From Octopus sinensis (Eukaryota): a DNA stretch of 64,000 nt. The DNA is taken from the NCBI RefSeq assembly GCF_006345805.1, contig NC_042999.1, positions 92,566,001 to 92,630,000 of the forward strand, in the 5' to 3' direction. The position numbers and the translations under genes were made by a program. Below the pieces are notes generated by a model. The model made no database searches, was not told the DNA's origin, and was given only the letters and a program-made list of their open reading frames with translations. Of the stretch, positions 55,420 to 64,000 are shown in pieces (positions within the stretch are counted from its first letter, which is position 1; each line of letters opens with the position of its first letter).

Positions 55420-58296
55420 AACCAAGTATACACATCAACAATCTGCTACCAAGTATACTCATCTACAATCTGATACCAAGTATACTCATCTAGAATTAGA
55501 TACCACGTATAATCATCAATAATTTGATACCATGTATACTCATCTACATTCTGATACCAAGCATACTCATCTACAATCTCATACTAACTATACTCATCTA
55601 TAATCTGTTACCAAGTATACTCATCTCCAATTTGCTACCAAGTATACTCATCTAGAATTAGAAACCAAGTATACTCATCTACAATTTGCTACCAAGTATA
55701 CTCATCTAGAATTAGAAACCAAGTATACTCATCTACAATCTGATACCAAGTATACTCATCTACAATCTGATACCAACTATACTCATCTATAATCTGATAC
55801 CAAGTATTCTCATCTACAATCTGATACCGAGAATACTCATCCACGATCTGATACCAAGTATACACATCTAGAATTAGATACCAAGTATACTCACCAATAA
55901 TTTGATACCATGTATACTCATCTAAATTCTAATACCAAGTATACTCATCTACAATCTGATACCATGTATACACATCTACAATCTGATGCCAACTATAGTC
56001 ATCTACAATATGATACCAAGTATACTCATCTAGAATTAGAGACCAAGTATACTCATCTATAACGTGATACCATGTATACCCATCTACATTCTGATACCAA
56101 GTATACTCATCTACAATCTGATATCAACTATACTCATCTATAATCTGACACCAAGTATATTCATCTACAATCTGATACCATGTATACTCATCTAGAATTA
56201 GATACCACGTATACTCATCAATAAATTGATACCATGTATACTCATCTACATTCTGATACCAGTATACACATCTACAATCTCATACCAAGTATACTCATCT
56301 ATAATCTGATACCAAGTATACTCATCTACAATATGATACCAAGTATTCTCATCTAGAATTAGATACCAGGTATATTTATCTATAATTTGATACCATGTAT
56401 ACTCATCTACATTCTGATCCCAAGTATACTCATCTACAATCTCATACCAACTATACTCATCTATAATCTGATACCAAGTATACTGATCTACAAGCTGATA
56501 CCAAGTATACTCATCCACAATCTGATAGCAAGTATACTAGGTATCAAATCGTAGATGAGTATACTTGGTATCTGATACCAAGTATACTCATAAACAATTT
56601 GATACCGAGTATACTCATCTAGGATTAGATACCAACTATACTCATCTATAGTCTGGTACCAAGTATACACATCTACAATCTGATACCAAGTATACTCTAC
56701 TAGAGTTAGATACCACGTATACTCATCTAGAATTAGATACCAAGTATACTCATCTACAATCTGATACCAAGTATACTCATCTATAATCTGATACCAAGTA
56801 TACTCATTTACAATCTGATACCAAGTATACTCATCTTGAATTAGTTACCACGTATAATCATCAATAATCTGATACCATGTATACTCATCTACATTCGGAT
56901 ACCAAGTATACTCATCTACAATCTCATACCAACTATACTCATCTATAATCTGATACCAAGTATACTGATCTACAAGCTGATACCAGTATACTCATCCACA
57001 ATCTGATACCAAGTATACTAGGTATCAAATCGTAGATGAGTATACTTGGTATCTGATACCAAGTATACTCATAAACAATTTGATACCGAGTATACTCATC
57101 TAGGATTAGATACCAAGTATACTCATCTATATTTTGATACCATGTATACTCATCTACATTCTGATACCAAGTATCTTCATCTACAATCTGATACCAAGTA
57201 TACTCATCTACAATCTGATGCCAAGTATACTCATCTACAATCTGATACCAAGTATACTCATCTAGAATTAGATACCAATCTACCCATCAATAATTTGGTA
57301 CGATGTATACTCATCTACATTCTGATACCAAGTATACTCATCTAAAATTTGATACCAACTATACTCATCTATAATCTGATATAAGTATACTAACCTACAA
57401 TCTGATACGAAGTTTACTCATCCACAATCTGATACCAAGTATACTCATTCGCAATCTGATACCAAGTATACTCATCTAGAATTAGATACCAAGGAAACTC
57501 TTCAATAATTTCATACCATGTATACCCATTTATGGTTTGATACCAAGTATACTCATCTACAATCTCATACCAACTATAATCATCTATAATCTGATACCAA
57601 GTATACTCATCTACAATATAATACCAAGTATACTCATCTAGAATTAGATTCCACGTATACTCATCAATAATTTGATACCATGTATACTTATCTACATTCT
57701 GATACAATGTATACTCATCTATAATCTGATACCAACTATACTCATCTATAATCTGATACCAAGTATACTCATCTACAATATGATACCAAGATTACTCATC
57801 CACAATCTGATACCACGTATACGTATCTATAATTTGATACCATGTATACTCATCTACATTCTGATACCAAGTATACTCATCTACAATCTGACACCGACTA
57901 TACTCATCTATAATCTTCTACCAAGTATACTCATCTACAATCTGATACCAAGTATATTCATCTAGAATTCGACACCACGTATACTCATCAATAATTTGAT
58001 ACCATGTATACTCATCTACATTCTGATCCCAAGTATACTCATCTACAATCTCATACCAACTCTACTCATGTATAATCTGATACCAAGTATACTCATCCAC
58101 AATCTGATACCTAGTATACTCATCTACAATTTGATACCAAGTATACTCATCAAAGAATTAGATACCAAGTATTCTCATCTATAATTTGATACCATGTATA
58201 CTCATCTACATTCTGTTACCAAGTATACTCATGTACAATTCGATACCAAGTATACCCATCTAGAATTTGATACCAAGTATACTCATCTACAATCTA
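55420..58296. repeat. 27-bp tandem satellite (~105 monomers) with 6-monomer (162-bp) higher-order period
   Basis: Consensus GATACCAAGTATACTCATC-TACAATCT. The 8-bp variable segment recurs in the order TAGAATTA, AATAATTT, TACATTCT, TACAATCT, TATAATCT, TACAATMT. Two inverted monomers are present. Confidence 0.95.
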
Positions 58297-59884
58297 ATAT
58301 AATATAAAAATCTTACTGCATAGAAAGATAAGAAAGACAGTATACTCAGCAGGATAACGATCCTCTGATTCTGCAGAGAATTAGTAGAGTACAGAAGGAA
58401 CGCTTATTAAAGGAGTCGACTATAACACGGTAATATATTTCTGGATAACCTCTTGTTTTTTCAAATTGCTATGTATTCTAAATATTTAATCTTTTTTAGC
58501 GATAGATTTGTTAATGTGCTACACAGTCCTTTTTGGATTCTATGGTTTGTATACAGTCAAAGAAACCTAGAGTCTCTATCATCAAAGGATCCAATTAATC
58601 AAAATCCGACATGGTAGAAAACTGCTTACAATTTCTTCCGTGGGAAAAGCTATTTGTGAGGAATCAGCATTTAATCCATTTGAAATTATGTCTTTCAACG
58701 TTTTTCATTAGTTGCAAGATATGAATTAGTTAGCGAGCACTTCTAAAAGTATTTAATTTGATAGATTCTGAGAAAGTGGAGAATATTACATGTTTAACTG
58801 AAAGAAGGTAAACAGGCCCTCTGCACAGATTTGTCATGAGAAAAATCTAAGGTCTTAGTAGTTTAGTTACGAAGCTCCGCTTGTGTGTTAAAAGTAACCT
58901 TTTAAAATTTGATGCAGATCTATGTTTCGACGTAGACGTCTTTATATAGTGTAAGCGAGTGTAGAAGAAGGTCATTTAAAAACTACTAAACGCTGGTGTT
59001 CTACCATTATTACGTAACACAATGGAAACTTTGGGCGCGCCACTCAGGTTCGTATAAACAGGTTTATCACTCGCAACAGCAGATGGGGGAGTATCCAGTT
59101 GAAATGTGAGATAGTGGTCTTTGTGTTAGGAAAGATAGTGAGTAAGAAGGAGAAAGAGGCAGAGGGAGAGAGAGAGAGGGGTGGCTAGGTGGATATTATC
59201 AGGGCCAATTGTAAAGTGCTTGGTAAATATATATGAACACAAACCATACTCACGTACATACATATTGTTTCGTATAATAGTAATGTCATAACGTATTACT
59301 AATATTCTTTCAAACTGCTAAAGCCCTCCTCTCCCCCTTAACTCTCAACGCACATATTTAATTAAATAATTGCCCTGATACGTTTTGAGAATATATATTG
59401 AAAATATTTACGGCAAAATTTTATTAGATTATCAATGCAATTTATAATATCGGATATCATATATTTTACAATATATTGAAACATAATTAGCCTCGTTGTT
59501 TATGAATATTGGGTTTATGCTCAAAATGGTAAATATAAAGACAGAAACAGGGTGAAATTTTTCACAAAATATTTGTATGTAGAGTTATTTCATGCATAAA
59601 ACGATACTTTTTAAATGTAATTATGCACAACGCAGATCTCTAGAAATTCAATGATAAAATAGTGTTGCTTTGTTGAGAAAGGAAATATATTATATGAATA
59701 TTTCTCTACTTGAAACAGGTGAATTTAGGTAGAAGAGTGCTGTTTGCTAGTTAGAAATCATGAATTTGTATATAATTAGTAAATATTCCAGTTGTAAATC
59801 TAATTAGAAGAGATTACTTCTAATTATACAAATATGCTTAAAATACAAACATATCAAATATACCTGAATGCCTAAACAAAATAA

Positions 59885-60205
59885 TTGAAACGATTTGGAG
59901 GCCATCCTCCACCTTTGATCCAAATTACTGGGAGAATAGCGCCATGGACCAGCCAAAATGGCAGCAAGCCATCGTCAAGGGAATGGTCCAGATGAAAATA
60001 ATAGACGTCAAAAAGTAGAGATCAGACTTTGAAGTCGCAAAGAGCGACTGGTATTTCCTGCTCCCCGCCAACTTCCCCTGCGATAAACACTCCACCATCC
60101 CTGGCCTGAACAGTCACCCCAGGCAGCGGTACCCTACTCACTCACCAACATGAAAAGGGCCATTCACTCGCTACAGATTACGAGTTGATGCCGAGGATGA
60201 CGATC
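59885..60205 (+). pseudogene. RTE-clade LINE 3' remnant
   Basis: FDPNYWENSAMDQPKWQQAIVKG...FPC...PGLNSHPR matches the RTE/BovB C-terminus (WE..A.DR..WR...G; GL.SH.R). Confidence 0.6.
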
Positions 60206-62139
60206 AAATATGCCTCTATATCTATGCAAAACAATTGAAACAATTTGGTTTCTCCTCAAACTTTGCTTTTTCCTACAAATGTGCAGAAGCGAACTGATGT
60301 CAGTATTACTCAAGCGCCATATCGATTTCCCCAAACAAGCCAATCTTTTGTAAATCACTAAGTACATGCGTGACAACCACTTTATATAATATAATTAATA
60401 TTCTCCCATTATTTTCATCATAATTATCATTAAATACATTTTTTTTTCATATATAATGATATCTTCCTCTAAAATATATAACTACTTTAGAGTTTGGTGT
60501 GTTCATATGTACTAAATATAACAGATAACAATTGCCCAAGTTGTCAAATATCTAATACTTCTTCTATAACCTTTCTTATAGCCTTTTCCACGCTCTCTGC
60601 AACAAGTAGGAAGAAGAATAAAATGTTTTCCAAGCAGAAACTGACGCAAGAACTTGCAAGAAATTTGATTCCGATATAGCCATGCGCGGACCAGATGTTC
60701 AGAACACCAGATGTATTAATTTCTTATGACGACAGGATATGGTTTCAAATAAATTCGGCTGCTATATAGAGCCATGAACATCACATAGACTCAACCGTTT
60801 TGGTTCGTCAATGATTTTCGTTGTTGTTGTTGTTGCTGTTACAATATTGGTTAGTCCTGATCGGATACCAAGGATATTCCAGTTCTAAACTTTCTTGTTC
60901 TATCCTATCTTTAGATTATCCACTGTGGTTTTTATATTTTTATTTCCGATGATAGTTAAAAGTTTCCATCAATCAGAACTTACCTATTCCATCTAATTTA
61001 TCCAGTTCATCGACAAGATACATAAATCATGTACTCACATGAAGGATTATGGACACAATTATTAACGGGTTAAACTTTAAAACTTACACGCATATTTTCC
61101 TAATTATAGTTATATTATTTTGATTCTCTATTTTGTTATGGTCTTATGTCACTCACACATAACTACATCGGCATACAACCTACCATAAAGTCTATGCATA
61201 ATAGACTTTATACATACATGTCTCTCCATCCACTTTATACATATGTCTCTCCATCCACCAGACCCTCTATTTCCGCTCTCTCTCCCCCTCCTCTCTCTCT
61301 CTCTGCCATCGTTTCTCTTTCTGCATCTCTCTCTCAGATCAACTTTCTCACATCTCACCCCCCTCTCAGTTCTTCTACTTCACTCATTCTCTCTTGTATC
61401 TATATACCGCCCCCTCTCTCTCTCTTTTTCTCTCTTTCTCTGTTACTCCACCTCCATCTCCGCTCCTTCACAAGTCAAACTCCTTTTCCTCTTCTCCTTC
61501 TGTCCCCTTATTTCTTTCTCTACACCACCCTCCCTGTCCCTTTACTACACTCTCTATCACCTCTGTCGCGCCCCCTCTTTCCCGCTCCCCCTTTTTCTTC
61601 CTACCTTTCCTCTCCCTGCTCCCTCTAAGGTTCACCCCCTTGTCTTTTTTTCCTCTCTCTGTCTCCTTCCTCCACACCACCCTCTCTGTCCCTTTACTTC
61701 ACTCTCTGGTACCTATATTCCGCCCCTCTCTCTCTCTCTGCCATCGTTTCTCTTTCTGCATCTCTCTCTCAGATCAACTTTCTCACATCTCACCCCCCTC
61801 TCAGTTCTTCTACTTCACTCATTCTCTCTGGTACCTATATTCCGCCCCTCTCTCTCTCCCTCTCCATTTTATCTCTCCGCCTTTCTTCTCCCTGCTCTTC
61901 CTAGTGTCCATCCTCTTGTCTCTCTTTTCCTCCCTGTCCCTTTACTTTCTACTACACCTCTTTTTTCTCTCTTTTTTTCTCTTTTTCGCTTTTTTTTCTC
62001 TTCTCTCAGGACAATCCCCTCGTCTCTCTCTCCATCCCCCCTGGCTTTTCTCCTTTCTCCTCTCCCTCTCCGGTCAACCATCCTATCTTTCCTTCTCTCT
62101 CTGTTCCTATATTTCACTCTCACTGTATCTCGGGCGAAA

Positions 62140-63091
62140 ATGTCAAGAAACTGGTCTGCGAGGGAGTTGCAATTTTTCGTCCGCGCTTGGAAGATTGCCG
62201 AGGACGACTCGCCGAACAATATTATTGCAGCAGAGCTGAAGAGCAATGATTTTTCAAGAACCACCGCCCAGATAGAACGAAAGAAACGAGAATTTATCCG
62301 TTCATACGCTCTAATCAGGCAACATGTAGACACTCTGGACATCATCCTAGGAGGTGACGGCACCAGGGAAGGCCAAAAGGATGAAGAAAACATCCAAGAC
62401 CCAACAAAAGATAAAACCAAGAAACCTAGAACACAGGGAAACAATGACACATGTCCAGCTCCCAACACCACAACTGAAGACCAAAGAGGCGCGATGGCCG
62501 CAAGAAAAGAAAAGCACCCTAAAATTGATGGGAAACAGGCGGTAAAAGGCAAGAAAATCAGAGCTAAAACAAACCCTGTCCAGAGAAAACAAAAGGACCC
62601 CAGCAAGAACTATAAAGGCAAAGAAAGAAACATCTGCAAATTCTACCTGAAGGGGGACTGCTGTTACGGCGTCGAAGGTGCGAACTGTCGCTTTGCACAT
62701 CAGAGGCCCAACCAAAACCGCACGGACGCGAACAGGGGTCCCTCCCTTAGGGAGAACAAAAAGAAAAAGAAAAAGAAAAATATAAAAGAAGGAAAAAAGC
62801 GCACTGACCACTCCTGAAAGACGATATGCGGATGTGGTGCGCGGTAACCCAACAAATGGCCAGCTTCACCCAGATGTGAGAAGGGCAGCAGCTGAACAGC
62901 AATCTTTTTTGTGCATGGCACAAAAAATTGTTCAGCAGCTGACCTGGCTACAAGCACAAAGCTGGAACTACCACCACATAAGGCCACAACCAACAGATGC
63001 AGGATGGCAATCACAGACACCAACACCAACACACACACACCACAAAAATATTTCTACTGAACGTAGGAGGGCTGCTGCGCGGAAACTGTAA
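62140..63091 (+). pseudogene. LINE ORF1 with Myb/trihelix-like N-terminus and CCCH zinc finger (frameshift ~62760-62800)
   Basis: MSRNWSARELQFFVRAW...IAAELKSNDFSRTTAQIERKKREF and ICKFYLKGDCCYGVEGANCRFAH. It apparently continues in the 62834-63091 frame. Confidence 0.65.
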
Positions 63092-64000
63092 AAGTAAAAT
63101 ATCATTCCTGAGAGACCTTGTGACACGCAATCAAGCTATATGCATGGCATCACAGAAACGCATCTTGAACCCGATATAGGTGATGCAGAAATACACATGC
63201 CGCAATATGCAGTCATACGCACAGATAGAAAAACGAGGAGCCATGGTGGAGTTACAATGTACATCCGAGATGACCTCACACCCCAGGTCCTGTTGTCATA
63301 TTCAAACTCAGTGTGTGAAACTCAAATTGTACACATAAGACAACTGAATATTGTCATATGCACTACATATCGCCCACCAGATGCCCCAAATCACTCAGGC
63401 ATGTTTGAAGACTGCCTAACAAAAATAGAAGTCCTCACCAACTTTGAACAACACAACAGTGTATTCTTCATGGGTGACTTTAACTTCCCCAATGTGGAAT
63501 GGCCTGGGGGGGGGAGGCAGATGCTCTCAGGGATGACACACCATCAGCAGGCACAGGCAGAGTCCCTGCTCCATCTCACAAATGCCTCTTTCATGGAGCA
63601 AATAGTTCTGCAACCAACAAGGGCAGATAATATACTGGATCTCTGCTTCACATACAATATGGATATGATCCATAATGTTAATGTGATGCCGACAATGATC
63701 TCGGATCACAACATAGTAGAGCTGTCTATGTATGGAACAAAAGCCCCCGTAGACACACAGCCTATACGAAGCATCCACCATCTCTCCAACTTAAACTTTC
63801 ATAAAGCAAACTGGAAGTTGATTGAGAAAGAGATCCTGAAACAGGATTGGCCTAAATGTCTCTCCACACCGGACATTAACATGAAACACAAACACTTCAT
63901 GTCCATAATACAAGCCATATGGGACAAATATGTCCCAGTGTGTAGGGCCAGCACACACAAAAACAAAAACAGGATCACTAGAGAAAGGAAGATTCTTATA
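62997..64000 (+). pseudogene. LINE ORF2 N-terminal AP endonuclease (frameshifted, partial)
   Basis: The APE motifs listed for the element occur in the expected order across frames. Confidence 0.85.

Larger units (their letters stand above)
61250..64000 (+). mobile_element. CR1/L2-group LINE, 5' part (pyrimidine-rich UTR, ORF1, APE endonuclease), continuing beyond the window
   Basis: APE motifs LLNVGGL, TETHL, RTDRKTRSHGGV, YRPP, MGDFNFP, PTRADNILDLCF and SDHN, with frameshifts. The 5' boundary is uncertain. Confidence 0.85.

Noticed and set aside
55420-58296. CRISPR array or repeat protein (YQIVDEYTW)n
   Set aside because: The variable segments are only 8 bp and recur, there are no cas genes, and the context is eukaryotic. 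The peptide frame has stops (e.g. ~55931, ~57793), indels and inverted units.
61243-62139. N-terminal ~300 aa of the 524-aa ORF (L/S/P/F-rich, membrane-like)
   Set aside because: A polypyrimidine tract is stop-poor by composition. The plausible start is the ATG at 62140.

Overview
Eukaryotic, AT-rich, microsatellite-saturated genomic DNA with no confidently identifiable host gene. The SINE families and microsatellite density suggest a coleoid cephalopod (octopus-like), which is an inference. Almost all ORFs in the track are microsatellite read-throughs. The real content is a stack of transposable elements. (1) A non-autonomous Gypsy-like LTR element (10548-13639) with a 4-bp TSD, a tRNA-Trp PBS, a PPT, and a SINE inserted in its 5' LTR. 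(2) Two tandem 5'-truncated Tx1/L1-clade LINEs embedded in (TCTA)n arrays. (3) Several R4/Dong-like RLE retrotransposon fragments sitting in (CATA)n arrays. (4) A HERO-like remnant, an RTE 3' end, and the 5' half of a CR1/L2-group LINE whose ORF1 carries Myb/trihelix-like and CCCH motifs. (5) A near full-length decayed Penelope-like element with an unusually split GIY-YIG domain, plus six minimal hammerhead-ribozyme-like motifs. (6) Mariner relics and MITEs, a probable Helitron, and three tRNA-derived SINE families. (7) Several inverted-repeat structures and a 2.9-kb 27-bp satellite with a 6-monomer higher-order period. The most interesting signals are (GATA)n-targeted Tx1 insertion, a SINE whose 3' tail matches that Tx1 3' end, the satellite architecture, and the split Penelope endonuclease. 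All alignments were done by eye and coordinates are approximate unless TSDs or termini are quoted.
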